DNA of 64,000 nucleotides from a virus (Duplodnaviria; Caudoviricetes): IMG/VR virus record IMGVR_UViG_3300044796_000401; one strand, 5' to 3'. Shown piece by piece: positions 54,062 to 64,000 of this stretch (position 1 is its first letter; each line of letters starts with the position of its first letter). The notes under the pieces were generated by a model. It saw only the letters and a program-made list of their open reading frames with translations, ran no database searches and was not told where the DNA came from. The position numbers and the translations under genes were made by a program.

Positions 54062-54711
54062 GATTGTATGCCTTTTGCTTTTTCATGCATGGCGTACAAG
54101 TTTGTTTTATCCCGTAAATTTATCTGAGGAAAGCGCGCGGCATTATGACATGTGATGGTATCGTTGTTCGGTTGTGGCCCGATAAGGGTTGTGATGATGC
54201 GGTAACGAGGGTCATTGAACGGGATGATGCCCACTGGAACAAGTATCTGGCATACCCACCAGTCTTCGGTGTAACCCGCGGCAACTTTGCTTTCCTTTCC
54301 CCTCACTACCGCTTCCATGGCTCGACGACTGAGCCAATACCCCGTTCCCCCATACACGGCGTCTATACGTCCTTGGTCTAGTCCCTGTACGCAGCCTGAA
54401 TAGTCGTGTTTCTCGAACCCCGAGGCGAGAAGTCGTGGTATGCAAATATAGGTGTCTGTGTCGCCCTTAAAAGAGTGGTCGTAACCGTGTTCAAGTGTCC
54501 AAACAATCATCCCCAATGTTTTCAAAGAGAGAGAGTGCAAATCATCGGGAACATCGAGAAAAATTTCATCCGCCGCGGCTTCTCCCTTGGGGTTGCCTAA
54601 GAAGAACTTAATATCAATAGCACCGTTATTCAGACCCATCCAAGTGTCCCGAATCTGTTCATGGCATCCCCGGTCGCGGTGGCAGCTTTGAATGGCTAGG
54701 AGAATGCGCAT
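54058..54711 (-). CDS. GT31/Fringe-like glycosyltransferase
   Basis: Start MRILLAI. IRDTW, LSLKT, KGDTDTY, GGTGYWLS and TEDWWV. Confidence 0.75.
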   Translation of the reverse strand: MRILLAIQSCHRDRGCHEQIRDTWMGLNNGAIDIKFFLGNPKGEAAADEIFLDVPDDLHSLSLKTLGMIVWTLEHGYDHSFKGDTDTYICIPRLLASGFEKHDYSGCVQGLDQGRIDAVYGGTGYWLSRRAMEAVVRGKESKVAAGYTEDWWVCQILVPVGIIPFNDPRYRIITTLIGPQPNNDTITCHNAARFPQINLRDKTNLYAMHEKAKGIQS

Positions 54712-55733
54712 GCTTCCCCTGTGTCCCGGACGACATGCACCGCCTTGTCGTCCCATAGTTGCGCCATATTGTGGTCCTTTTCGCAAGTTACAGCAAACCG
54801 CTTTCCCAAATGCTTCTCGCACCAATCGCCCATCCGGCTCTTGAGTTCGTCCATCTCGGACTCGGATTGCAGCGTGCCGTCTTTGTTTCTGGGACATACG
54901 CGTGCGGTAAAGATGCGGACTTCCGTGCCTTGGGCAAGCCACGTCTTCACCCGTTCGACCATCGGTGGTATTGGCGGCCCGAGGGGACCGTTCCATTGCT
55001 TGGAAATGCTGACTGCCAGTGTTCCGTCGAAATCTACGCCAATCCAGCCAAGCCCCGGCCACCTATCTTGGGCAAGGCTGTAGTTTTGCACAGTGCCGAT
55101 GTCCATGATGAATTCAGAAATGGGATAAGCCGACATGCGGTTTATAAGCCGAGGTAAGACATCGAATCCCAAGTCTGCCGGAGTGCGTTGCGGAATGTCC
55201 CTTAGCAACTCGGGGGTGGCAACCATGATTCCCGAGAAAGCCCAGTCGCTCCTTGGCTCAGTGGGTTTTTCCACGAATTCCCGCACGACGAAATTATCGT
55301 CAAAAACTGCGATTCCGCATCGGCTGGGTTCTCCCACTTGGTAGACCCCGATTGTTGCGGTTGAATGCGTTTGGCGGTGGAAGGCGAGCATCCGGCCCAA
55401 ATTTGCCGTGGTGAGCACGTCCGCATAGAATACCCAAAAATCGTCTCCCGCTATCCATTCTCGGTTTGCGCCGATGGTTCCGGCGGAGCCCAGCAAAGTC
55501 GGTTCCTCTACAACTCGGATTTTCATGCCGTGATATTGGCTAAGCACGGGGCGGACGGCTTCCGCATGGGCGTGCAAATTAAGCAGAATCTCATTGATGC
55601 CCGCTCGGCGGCAAATGTCCAGCCAAATGTCAAGCATCGGCGTTCCCCGAATCGGAACTAGGCATTTGGGGATGTTGTCGGTAAGGGGTCTGAGCCGGGT
55701 TCCGTTACCTGCCGCTAGGAGAAACGCTTTCAT
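54696..55733 (-). CDS. hddC: Sugar-1-phosphate guanylyltransferase (HddC-like) fused to a HAD-family phosphatase
   Basis: LLAAGNGTRLRPLTDNIPKCL...EKP...DIGT, then WIGVDFDGTLA...IFTAR...LWDDKA. Confidence 0.75.
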   Translation of the reverse strand: MKAFLLAAGNGTRLRPLTDNIPKCLVPIRGTPMLDIWLDICRRAGINEILLNLHAHAEAVRPVLSQYHGMKIRVVEEPTLLGSAGTIGANREWIAGDDFWVFYADVLTTANLGRMLAFHRQTHSTATIGVYQVGEPSRCGIAVFDDNFVVREFVEKPTEPRSDWAFSGIMVATPELLRDIPQRTPADLGFDVLPRLINRMSAYPISEFIMDIGTVQNYSLAQDRWPGLGWIGVDFDGTLAVSISKQWNGPLGPPIPPMVERVKTWLAQGTEVRIFTARVCPRNKDGTLQSESEMDELKSRMGDWCEKHLGKRFAVTCEKDHNMAQLWDDKAVHVVRDTGEACAFS

Positions 55734-56283
55734 TTATGGCGTCCTTGAGATATTGCGACAGGATGTGGTTTAGAGAAAGGTGGAAATCCTCTACGACTCC
55801 GTAGTTGCGGGAAGATATTATAAGAGCGATATCCACCATCTCTTTCAGTTTTCCGCCGCCGAACCCGATAAAGCCTATCGTATAGATGCTCCGTCCGCGT
55901 GCGTATTCCGCAGCATGCAGGATGTTCGGCGAATTCCCGGATGCGCTGATGGCGATGAGGATGTCAGCGGGCTGCCCTTGCCGTCCAAGCTGTCGTTTTA
56001 ATTGTTCGCTGAAAACCGATTCGTAATCGACATCATTTCCCCATGCGGTTATGTTCGGCACATTGGTCAGGCTTACCACCCGCATCCCGGCGACTTTCTC
56101 GAAATCAACAGCCATATGGGAGGCCGTGGCTGCGCTTCCGCCATTGCCGATGATGAAAAGTGTGCCGTCGCACTTGCGGATAGCAAGTAATCGTTCTGCC
56201 GCCCGCTGCACCTTTTCCACATCAACCTCGTTGAAGCACTCCTGAATGTTTTTGCTGTACTCGGACAGCTTAGCCGCCAACAT
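55705..56283 (-). CDS. gmhA: Sedoheptulose-7-phosphate isomerase
   Basis: IGNGGSAATASH, AWGND, AISASGNSPN and VEDFH. Confidence 0.88.
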   Translation of the reverse strand: MLAAKLSEYSKNIQECFNEVDVEKVQRAAERLLAIRKCDGTLFIIGNGGSAATASHMAVDFEKVAGMRVVSLTNVPNITAWGNDVDYESVFSEQLKRQLGRQGQPADILIAISASGNSPNILHAAEYARGRSIYTIGFIGFGGGKLKEMVDIALIISSRNYGVVEDFHLSLNHILSQYLKDAINESVSPSGR

Positions 56284-57235
56284 ATATGATCTTGCTCCCT
56301 TCTGGCGCATGCGCAAACTCAATCTGGCGAAGGCCGTTTAAGCTGTTCCGCACAGCGTCTTGCTTGTCGGGTTCGCAGAAAAACAAGAGGAATCCTGTCC
56401 CGCCAGCACCCAAAAGCTTGCCGCCCAAGGCTCCCGCTCGCTTAGCCGCCTCATAGTAATTGTCAATAGTCGGGTTTGAGATACCGCCTGACATTTTCTT
56501 TTTGCACTGCCAGCCGCAGTCTAATACCTCTCCCAACTCGCGGATGTCCTTATCTCCCGTCAGGCCGAGCCAGAAAACATCAACAAGCTCGCGTAGCCTA
56601 TGTAGGTGGTTGTCCTCCGAGGGCTTGATTTCCCCAAGTACCAGTGACGCATCCCGCGTCCCCCCCACGTAGAACAGCATAAGATGGTTGAAAAAGCTGC
56701 GTTGTCTTCCGGGTGAGCACAGCACGGGATCAACGAATACCGACCCATCGGAGTTGAATAGGTAGCGATGCAATCCCCCAAACGCAGCGGCATACTGGTC
56801 CTGCTTTCCTATCGGTGCCTTGAGCGTGTCGATTTCAAGCTTGCAGGCCTGCTCGGCTAGCTGGTGGGCTGTCTGCACACGACCGCAGAATCCGTGAAGA
56901 GCATTGAAAAGCCCAACTGTAAAGCTGCTCGACGAACCCATTCCCGTTCCTGCCGGGATGTCGGCGATGGATGTTATTTCGATTCCCGAGTCTACGCCTA
57001 CTTCCCGCATCACTTCACGGCATCGGTCATGGTGGACATCGGAAATGTGCTCCACGATCTCTGTCTGGGAATAGCTGATGCGAATCGTGTGGTCAAACCT
57101 GTGGTTCACCGTGATATAGACGTACTTGTTGATCGCCGTGCTGATCACCGCACCCTGACTCTTTTCATAGAACAGGGGCAAATCAGTGCCCCCACCGACA
57201 AAGCTCATGCGAAGTGGTGTTCTGGAGATGATCAT
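56270..57235 (-). CDS. hddA: D-glycero-D-manno-heptose-7-phosphate kinase (GHMP family)
   Basis: MIISRTPLRMSFVGGGTDLP, GTGMGSSS, IGKQDQY and GGKLLGAGGTG. Confidence 0.88.
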   Translation of the reverse strand: MIISRTPLRMSFVGGGTDLPLFYEKSQGAVISTAINKYVYITVNHRFDHTIRISYSQTEIVEHISDVHHDRCREVMREVGVDSGIEITSIADIPAGTGMGSSSSFTVGLFNALHGFCGRVQTAHQLAEQACKLEIDTLKAPIGKQDQYAAAFGGLHRYLFNSDGSVFVDPVLCSPGRQRSFFNHLMLFYVGGTRDASLVLGEIKPSEDNHLHRLRELVDVFWLGLTGDKDIRELGEVLDCGWQCKKKMSGGISNPTIDNYYEAAKRAGALGGKLLGAGGTGFLLFFCEPDKQDAVRNSLNGLRQIEFAHAPEGSKIIYVGG

Positions 57236-57975
57236 ACCAATCCAGCGTCCCGCGCACGGGTGATGTCCAAGGAGACGTTCTCTATTTCTCCCAGTCGTGC
57301 GGGTTCGTAAACTATTGGAACGTTTCTCGTTGCAGAAAACTCTTCGGCTATGCTGGCCACGCTCGTCTCCACGCCGCTTCCGATATTGAATGTTCCCGCC
57401 ATGTCCAGAACGGTCGCCTTGATGAGCGCCTTGCAAATGACATCAATGTGAACAAAGTCCCGTGTCTGAGTTCCGCCATAGACCACTATGGGGTTATCCA
57501 TCCGGAAGTGCGCGTGCGCTGCCGCTTCTTTCCTGTCGCGGTCGTTGCCGCCGAAGACGTTTCCGAACCTGAGGATGACATGGTTCGGATGCAGTCGGCG
57601 GATGATCTGCTCCGCTAGGTACTTGGATTGGCCGTAGGGGGATACGCACCCGTTCCAACTAGCTTCTTCTTCCTTTGCAAAATGCCGGTTGCCGTAGATA
57701 GCGCCTCCGGTGGAGGAAAACACCAGCCTGCCGATCCTGTTACACGTCAGGAAGGGGATCAGCTTGAAAGCATTGTTGTCCAAGCATTCGTCTGGGTCTT
57801 CCAAAGACTGCGTCACGGACGCGTGGGCGGCTAGGTGGATCACAGTGTCGAACATGCGGCCGCGTATGTTCCCGAAGTCCTGACCGTCCTTCATGTCGCA
57901 GCTTTCTCCGCTCATTAGCTGCACCAGATGCGACCCGATGTAGCCCTTGTCGCCAGTGATAAGAAGTTCGTTCAT
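57232..57975 (-). CDS. NAD-dependent epimerase/dehydratase (short GalE-like)
   Basis: ITGDKGYIG, HLAA, FSSTG, YGQSK, LRFGNVFG and TRDFVH. Confidence 0.85.
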   Translation of the reverse strand: MNELLITGDKGYIGSHLVQLMSGESCDMKDGQDFGNIRGRMFDTVIHLAAHASVTQSLEDPDECLDNNAFKLIPFLTCNRIGRLVFSSTGGAIYGNRHFAKEEEASWNGCVSPYGQSKYLAEQIIRRLHPNHVILRFGNVFGGNDRDRKEAAAHAHFRMDNPIVVYGGTQTRDFVHIDVICKALIKATVLDMAGTFNIGSGVETSVASIAEEFSATRNVPIVYEPARLGEIENVSLDITRARDAGLV

Positions 57976-58907
57976 ACAGTCCCCTGCATTTGTTCGGTAT
58001 ACCATGCAACGGTTTTGCCAAGCCCCTCCGAAAGCGTCGTGTGCGCCTTAAAGCCGAACGTCTCTAGGGCTCGCGAGGTGTCCAGACGGCGGCGAGGCTG
58101 ACCATCGGGTTTCGTAGCATCCCACACAATTCCCCCGTTGAAACCCGTGACCTCTTTGATGACCCCCACAAGGTCCTTCATGGAAATCTCCGATCCCGTG
58201 CCGATGTTCACTGGCTCCAGGCCATTGTACTTCTCCACGGCCAAAACGATTGCTTCGGCACAATCCTCGACATACAGGAACTCTCGGTACGCGCTACCCG
58301 TGCCCCACACAGTTATGCTCTCGGCTCCGGTTTTCTTGGCTTCAAGGCATTTCCGGATCAGCGCGGGGATGACGTGCGAGCTTTCAAGGTTGAAGTTGTC
58401 TCCGGGACCGTAGAGGTTTACCGGAATGAGGTAAATTGCGTTCATCCCGTACTGCTGGCGGTACGCTTGGCACTGTACCAGCAGGGCCTTCTTGGCGATT
58501 CCGTATGGCGCGTTGGTTTCTTCGGGATAGCCGTTCCATAGATTGTCCTCCGTGAACGGCGACGGCGTGAACTTGGGGTAAGCGCAGACAGTTCCGACTT
58601 GGACAAATTTCTCTACGCCCCGCTCCTTGGCGACATCGATCATCTCCACGCCCATGATCAGGTTGTCATAGAAGAACTTTCCCGGACTCTTCTGGTTTGC
58701 TCCTATTCCACCGCAAACAGCGGCCAAATGAACTACGATGTCGGGCCGCAACTCGTCAAACATCGCCTCCACACGGTCTCTGCGGCGCAGATCGTATTGA
58801 CTGCTGCTGAGGGAAACCACGTCGTAGCCTTCGTTCTGCGCAAGCCTCTTCGTTAGGTGCTTGCCAACGAATCCCGAACCCCCCGTTACTGCGATTCGTT
58901 TCTTCAT
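57972..58907 (-). CDS. fcl: GDP-L-fucose synthase
   Basis: TGGSGFVG, HLAAVCGGIGAN, YGIAK, PVNLYGPGDNF, SHVIPALIRK and DGQPRR. Confidence 0.93.
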   Translation of the reverse strand: MKKRIAVTGGSGFVGKHLTKRLAQNEGYDVVSLSSSQYDLRRRDRVEAMFDELRPDIVVHLAAVCGGIGANQKSPGKFFYDNLIMGVEMIDVAKERGVEKFVQVGTVCAYPKFTPSPFTEDNLWNGYPEETNAPYGIAKKALLVQCQAYRQQYGMNAIYLIPVNLYGPGDNFNLESSHVIPALIRKCLEAKKTGAESITVWGTGSAYREFLYVEDCAEAIVLAVEKYNGLEPVNIGTGSEISMKDLVGVIKEVTGFNGGIVWDATKPDGQPRRRLDTSRALETFGFKAHTTLSEGLGKTVAWYTEQMQGTV

Positions 58908-60010
58908 TCTTTGGTCTCCCCGCTGATGATGTCAGTGATGGGTGCCTCTTTCATCGTGCCCTCCAATACTTCGAATGCCCCGTGCCAGAGACGCATACCT
59001 TCAACGATTCTCTGCTGAGTTTCAGATCGCGCCCAAGCATTCAATCCGGATATTATTTCCCCGAATCCTTGGTGGTAGCCGTCTGCGGCAATATCAATCT
59101 TTCGCAGGGCATCGCAGAAGCCGTCCGTCAATTGCATGCCTTCGCGTTCTACATCCAAATCCTTCCATAGATTGTGTGAATGGCGGTCATGTAAAACCCA
59201 AGGGTCTCCGAACGCGATGGCGTGATTGAAGTGTTCTGCAAGCCGATTGATAACATAGCTAGCGAAGATGTCGGAGTGCCGACCAATATACGGGCTCAAA
59301 AAGTAAGCCGGGATGATCTCGCGGGTCAACGCGGTGTTCTGACAATCAAACGGCGTCCAAGTCCCGCGGGCCAAGGCGATAGTACCCGGCCAACCTGATT
59401 TATATCCGGTAACCCGGACTTTTCTTTCCAGTCTAGTTGTGGCGTCCACGTCCGGATCGTCCAACCAAAAACCTGCGTTGACAACAACTTTACGGCGTTC
59501 GGGTTGCATGGTCACGAAAGAATCTGCCCACCGATTCTTGGGGGAGTACCCGCGGTGATAAAACTCGACATCGCTCTCTTCTTTCAGGAACGAACAAACA
59601 TTGAACCATCCGGAGCTAGAGCCGTACGTTGGAAGCGTCACTGTTGTCCCCACTATTCTGTGGTGACCGATAGCGTCTTGGTCGGTTGCTAAATTGTCAT
59701 CGTCAAGCGTAATAATTACATCTGCGCCAGTCGTGTACGCCAACATCATACCCACGTTTCGACGTTCCACGGAGTTGATCGGCAAATGCTCTCGCAGCGT
59801 CGGGAATCGTGTCAGATAATCCCGCTGACTTGGCAGATCGAGATATAGACAGTTTGGAATCGTGGCGCAGTACTCCGCTGTTCTCGCCGCGCTCTTGTAA
59901 TCTCCAACAACAATAAAGTTCACATCCTGCCCGAATTGGTTGGCGTTTTTCTGGTACCCCCCCAAAAAGGACGGGATATTGACGGTGGTGGTAACGATTG
60001 TGGCTTTCAT
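58904..60010 (-). CDS. STELLO/RGP (GT75)-like nucleotide-sugar-handling protein
   Basis: IVTTTVN, IVVGD.KS, RRNVG...AY, IITLDDDN, PFDCQNT and GRHSDI. Confidence 0.65.
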   Translation of the reverse strand: MKATIVTTTVNIPSFLGGYQKNANQFGQDVNFIVVGDYKSAARTAEYCATIPNCLYLDLPSQRDYLTRFPTLREHLPINSVERRNVGMMLAYTTGADVIITLDDDNLATDQDAIGHHRIVGTTVTLPTYGSSSGWFNVCSFLKEESDVEFYHRGYSPKNRWADSFVTMQPERRKVVVNAGFWLDDPDVDATTRLERKVRVTGYKSGWPGTIALARGTWTPFDCQNTALTREIIPAYFLSPYIGRHSDIFASYVINRLAEHFNHAIAFGDPWVLHDRHSHNLWKDLDVEREGMQLTDGFCDALRKIDIAADGYHQGFGEIISGLNAWARSETQQRIVEGMRLWHGAFEVLEGTMKEAPITDIISGETKE

Positions 60011-60678
60011 TGTGGTAACACTTCTCGCGGAAATCCAGCCGCTTTGCGTTTAGAGTAAAGGTCTCCACTACGGTCTCCGGGTCCCCCGTGCTTCATATAA
60101 TCCTCGTCGTCGCGAAATGCGCCGCCTATGCCCCCACGAAGGTGTTGGAACATCAAAACGTTACGAGCATCAATGATCTCTATTTTATCTAGTTCGGTGA
60201 CTTCATAGAATTCCACGTCGGCATAACAAGACGTATATTCAGGGCAAAACAAGTAGCCATACCGCTTGTAATACGGTCGAGTGATAATCGGAAACGAAAT
60301 GAAGTACGGATCAAAAGAAGGCATGTTTGTGTTTGCCCAAACAGCAACTTCCTGATCGAGCTTACCGTTTAGCAAATTGAGAAGGTTGGTGTCCCAGTGG
60401 GGTGCGGAATAGAAATCATCCGCAACAAGAACAAGGACTTCCCCATGAGAAATTTGAGCAGCAAAATTGTATCCTCCTACGGGGGTTGGATTGTTTCCGT
60501 TGTACTCAACAACTTGGTGCTCGAACGGAACCCCCAGATTGCTCAAACTTGGAAATTGCTTTTTCTCAGGCACAAGCACGTACTCTACGTTCCCTGAATG
60601 GTCGCAGTTTTGAAACCAATTGTCGGCCGCGGTCTTCCAAGCGTTCGGTCTAACAGTTGTATGTAAAAGCGAAATCAT
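60007..60678 (-). CDS. GT-A fold glycosyltransferase
   Basis: SLLHTT.RP, YNFAA, VLVADDF, YADVEF and FQH. Confidence 0.7.
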   Translation of the reverse strand: MISLLHTTVRPNAWKTAADNWFQNCDHSGNVEYVLVPEKKQFPSLSNLGVPFEHQVVEYNGNNPTPVGGYNFAAQISHGEVLVLVADDFYSAPHWDTNLLNLLNGKLDQEVAVWANTNMPSFDPYFISFPIITRPYYKRYGYLFCPEYTSCYADVEFYEVTELDKIEIIDARNVLMFQHLRGGIGGAFRDDEDYMKHGGPGDRSGDLYSKRKAAGFPREVLPQ

Positions 60679-60691
60679 AGTAAACCCCCCA

Positions 60692-61402
60692 CTAAGTCCG
60701 GTGCTCTGTGTACATCCTTTGCATCCACCCCGTGGATGGGCTGTAAGGAGTATTCTGGTTCTCCGGATAGTTCTTGTAGTGCCAAACCATTTCGCCGTTA
60801 TAGTTGGGAATGCGCCAAGCGGTAATTTCACCCTTTTTAATGAGCGGCCCTAGTATTTGTCCGATCATAATGTCGTCGGCGGCGTACCAGTACTCCGCCT
60901 CTTTCGTCCTTTCGGCAACCACGGCGGTTGCTTTTCTGGACAGTATTCGCGCAGGCCCGGCACCAGCCCAATTATAAAGGTGTCGATGTACCCCGTAACC
61001 TTCCTGTGTATTGAAAGTGCAGTTTACAGTATCCCCCATAACCTCGCCGAAAGGAACAGTCTCATTAAACGCGAAGTCGCCCGAGTAGTCATATTTCTCG
61101 AAGCCGCACGCCAAGACTTTCTGGGGGATCAGAAACGAGTCGGTACTAAGCAAAATGGTGAAGTCGTATCCTTCCCGAACGGACCAACGAAGGACTTCTT
61201 GAACTTCGCGACAAATGCAATCGTAGTCTCTTGACACGTCAACGAAGACTTCATCCGGCAGCGACCGCTGATCCGACACTCGGGGCATGAAGAAACGCAG
61301 GTCGGCGGGGGTGACATCCCCGCCCCAAGTATCGCGAATCACTTGGTGGAAACCGTGTTTGGCGGCCACATCCCAAGAATTAACGGCGAATAGAATTTTC
61401 AT
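60692..61402 (-). CDS. GT31/Fringe-like glycosyltransferase
   Basis: IRDTWG, DVSRDY, LSTDSF, ILSRKA and ADDIMIG; paralogous to 53438 and 54058. Confidence 0.7.
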   Translation of the reverse strand: MKILFAVNSWDVAAKHGFHQVIRDTWGGDVTPADLRFFMPRVSDQRSLPDEVFVDVSRDYDCICREVQEVLRWSVREGYDFTILLSTDSFLIPQKVLACGFEKYDYSGDFAFNETVPFGEVMGDTVNCTFNTQEGYGVHRHLYNWAGAGPARILSRKATAVVAERTKEAEYWYAADDIMIGQILGPLIKKGEITAWRIPNYNGEMVWHYKNYPENQNTPYSPSTGWMQRMYTEHRT

Positions 61403-62366
61403 GGTTCCTCTCCCCGCGGGCATCGACCAAATCCGAGTCCACCATCAAGCGCACTAGGCTGCGGAATTTGGTTTGGGGCACCCAACCCAATACTGTCTTT
61501 GCCTTCATTGCGTCGCCCAGCAGGAGGTCTACCTCCGTGGGGCGGTAGTACTTGGGGTCGATCCCCACATATTTTGTCCAGTCCATTTCGAGGTATCCGA
61601 ACGCCTCATCCAAGAACTCCCGTATGGTGTGCGTCTCGCCCGTGGCGATGACAAAGTCCTCCGGGGTGCCCTGTTGGAGCATGAGCCACATGGCCTCCAC
61701 GTACTCCTTGGCGTATCCCCAGTCGCGCTTGGCGTCCAGATTGCCGAGCAGGAGTTCGTCTTGCAGCCCCAGCCGTATCCTAGTGGCGGCCTTGGTGATC
61801 TTGCGCGACACGAAAGTCTCGCCCCTGCGGGGAGACTCATGGTTGAACAGGATGCCGTTGCAGGCGAACATGCCCATCTCGCGGTAATTCACCACCGTCC
61901 AGTACGAAAAGAGCTTGGCTATGCCATAGGGGCTCCGGGGGTAGAACGGCGTCTTTTCGGTCTGGGGGATTTCCAGCACCTTTCCGTACATCTCGCTGGA
62001 CGACGCTTGGTAAAACTTGGACTCCGGGCACTGCGCCTTGACCGCCTCAAGGAGCCTGAGCGTCCCGAGGGCGTCCGCGTCGGCGGTGTACTCGGGAATG
62101 TCGAAGCTGACGCGCACGTGGCTCTGCGCCCCCAAGTTGTAAACCTCGTCTGGTTTGACCTCCCCCATGAGGCGGCTTAGGGCGCTGCCATCGGTCAAGT
62201 CGTTGTGGTGCAGGTGCAGGCGGTCGAAGATGTGGTTTATCCGGCCTGTGTTGAAGCTGCTGGAGCGGCGGATGATGCCGTGGACCTCGTAGCCCTTCTC
62301 CAGCAGGAGTTCCGCCAGATACGATCCGTCCTGCCCGGTGATACCTGTGATGAGTGCTTTTTTCAT
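61380..62366 (-). CDS. gmd: GDP-mannose 4,6-dehydratase
   Basis: [46 protein letters not shown] and RDWG. Confidence 0.96.
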   Translation of the reverse strand: MKKALITGITGQDGSYLAELLLEKGYEVHGIIRRSSSFNTGRINHIFDRLHLHHNDLTDGSALSRLMGEVKPDEVYNLGAQSHVRVSFDIPEYTADADALGTLRLLEAVKAQCPESKFYQASSSEMYGKVLEIPQTEKTPFYPRSPYGIAKLFSYWTVVNYREMGMFACNGILFNHESPRRGETFVSRKITKAATRIRLGLQDELLLGNLDAKRDWGYAKEYVEAMWLMLQQGTPEDFVIATGETHTIREFLDEAFGYLEMDWTKYVGIDPKYYRPTEVDLLLGDAMKAKTVLGWVPQTKFRSLVRLMVDSDLVDARGERNHENSIRR

Positions 62367-62385
62367 TTTTTCCACTCTTGAGTGG

Positions 62386-62964
62386 CTATAATTTGAGCCA
62401 GAAATCATCTTGTGACCACCCAGAAGGGGGATATGTGCCTTCCGCAAACAACCTGTAAGAATTCGCTTTCAGAAGCTCCTGCATGGCTGCTTTACCCTCG
62501 CCGCCGTCTAGATATCCGTTATGCTCGCAAGTTATGGCGTGGAACGAGAATCCCGAAGCCAGAAGATTCTCCAGCACGGATAAAACCATAGCGGCCCAGC
62601 GGGGGGCATGGACAGCCCAATCTGTACCCGGAATGGCTAAGTCGTCGATGTCCAGCGACAGGTAGTCAATGGATTTTCCGAGGCAGTACTCTTCGCAGAC
62701 CGCAGACCAATCCATTGTCATTGCGTCGCCCAAGATAGCGGGGCTCGTCCGGTTGATTTTGCACTTCTTGATCGCCTCGGGATCAATATCAACGAGAAGT
62801 CCCCGCCACCCCAACCTCTCCAACGCTAGAGTGTTGTTGATCGCAACGCCGTCGCTACACCCGATGTCAAGAAAAGTTCCCAACAGGTTGTTGAAGGGCT
62901 TCACCAACTGGTCATAAACGAATGTGTCTTGCCCTATTTGACTATATGAAATGAAATCCATCAC
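62386..62964 (-). CDS. FkbM-like SAM-dependent methyltransferase
   Basis: [16 protein letters not shown]...NT..LE..GW.GLLVD and IDYLSLDID. Confidence 0.75.
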   Translation of the reverse strand: MMDFISYSQIGQDTFVYDQLVKPFNNLLGTFLDIGCSDGVAINNTLALERLGWRGLLVDIDPEAIKKCKINRTSPAILGDAMTMDWSAVCEEYCLGKSIDYLSLDIDDLAIPGTDWAVHAPRWAAMVLSVLENLLASGFSFHAITCEHNGYLDGGEGKAAMQELLKANSYRLFAEGTYPPSGWSQDDFWLKL

Positions 62965-63554
62965 TTGCCCTCTTGTCGCGGATGAAGGCGCATCATGTCA
63001 CGCTCAATTTCGAATACCCAATCGGGCTTCTTTTCCGCAACGAGACGCTCCAATTCTCCAAGTGCTGGCGAGCAAGCACATCCGACATTCCCGCCGTTGA
63101 ATAGCCGAGCGTCGTCTATAATGATGACGCTGTCAGGGCACAGAGTGAAGATTGTGTTTAGCTCCCCCTTGACCGGGCTGTGATCACAATCCAAATTGGC
63201 TGGGGTGGTCAAGTCCCATCGGAAATGTGCGTCAAGGTAAAACAACGGCTTCTTGGTGAGGGTCGGCAGGAGTCGTCTCAGGACATCTATGCTGTGACCC
63301 AACAAGATGTGAACATTGGTGTCGTTTTCAAATCTCTTCTCTGCGTTCTTGAAGTAAGTCGGGCCGACCTCGATAGAGTACACCTCAGAGAAGTGCCTCT
63401 TCGTTGCCTCGACCCCGTCGCCTAAGTGCGTCCCGGTTTCAATGAGTAAATCCAACTGAAACCGTTTGCCATACTCTATAAGCGTCGCATGCTTGTAAGC
63501 CTCTGGTGGCGCTTCGCCCTTCAAGATTTCACTAATTTGAGCATCAGTTAACAT
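62961..63554 (-). CDS. Class I SAM-dependent methyltransferase-like protein
   Basis: IETGTHLGDG, YSIE, GHS and FYLDAH...IDDAR. Confidence 0.7.
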   Translation of the reverse strand: MLTDAQISEILKGEAPPEAYKHATLIEYGKRFQLDLLIETGTHLGDGVEATKRHFSEVYSIEVGPTYFKNAEKRFENDTNVHILLGHSIDVLRRLLPTLTKKPLFYLDAHFRWDLTTPANLDCDHSPVKGELNTIFTLCPDSVIIIDDARLFNGGNVGCACSPALGELERLVAEKKPDWVFEIERDMMRLHPRQEGK

Positions 63555-64000
63555 TTGTCCCCCCTAAACTTTTTGACGTTTTCTTCCGCCCGGAGCACTA
63601 TCCACATAGTGTCGGCTGGTTTGCTTAAATCTGCAAATTCTGGTTTGGCTCGGAATTCCTTCATCTCAAACTTGTAACCGGATTCTGTGAGACTGTTTCG
63701 GATAGAGGCGGGATCGCATCCCCCATCCTGACGGATGTCTTCGCAGATATAAATGCCTTTTGGACCGAGCAACGGAAACAACATTTTAATTGTCAGGACT
63801 TGATGAACAGGGTTATGAGAGCCATCATCTACGATTAGATCAATCTTTGCCAACCTCTCCTGTTGAATAAACCCCACAATATCCTGAGTTTTTGTAAGAG
63901 TTTCACCTGAAAGATGAAGGCTTGAACTCCCCCCGTCAACGTCTATAAAAGCCTCACCGTCTCTGTCAGAAAGAGCAAAATTCAATACCTTAATTTGCGG
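63548..64000 (-). CDS. SAM-dependent methyltransferase, 5'-partial at the window edge
   Basis: The frame is open to base 64000. DLIVDDGSH...LFPLL..GIYICED. Confidence 0.7.
   Translation of the reverse strand, partial: PQIKVLNFALSDRDGEAFIDVDGGSSSLHLSGETLTKTQDIVGFIQQERLAKIDLIVDDGSHNPVHQVLTIKMLFPLLGPKGIYICEDIRQDGGCDPASIRNSLTESGYKFEMKEFRAKPEFADLSKPADTMWIVLRAEENVKKFRGDKC

Overview
The window comes from a large, GC-rich bacteriophage genome: it has an intein-split terminase large subunit, no host housekeeping genes and dense operons with ATGA overlaps. It contains five kinds of cargo. (1) Three multidomain nucleotide-warfare proteins: pyrophosphatase-like + RelA/SpoT; Acb1-like 2H phosphoesterase + two ADP-ribosyltransferase-like domains; and ParB/Srx + ART + NUDIX. 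These and three large probable virion proteins have modules separated by a recurring K-x-A motif. (2) Four inteins, three of them in unusual hosts (a papain-like peptidase, a glycosyltransferase and an uncharacterised KEKFG-x-LRFY protein). (3) About ten free-standing homing-endonuclease genes plus remnants, DNA methylases, Vsr and a PD-(D/E)XK nuclease. (4) A divergent sigma-like factor and recurrent upstream motifs. (5) A glycan-synthesis cluster of more than 10 kb (GDP-fucose and GDP-heptose pathways, glycosyltransferases, methyltransferases). The most striking non-coding element is a complete tRNA cloverleaf (36517-36626, minus strand) whose D-loop carries a 34-nt insertion, a hairpin that displays the 16S rRNA anti-Shine-Dalgarno sequence UCACCUCCU. 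All family calls are from motif recognition by eye; no searches were run.
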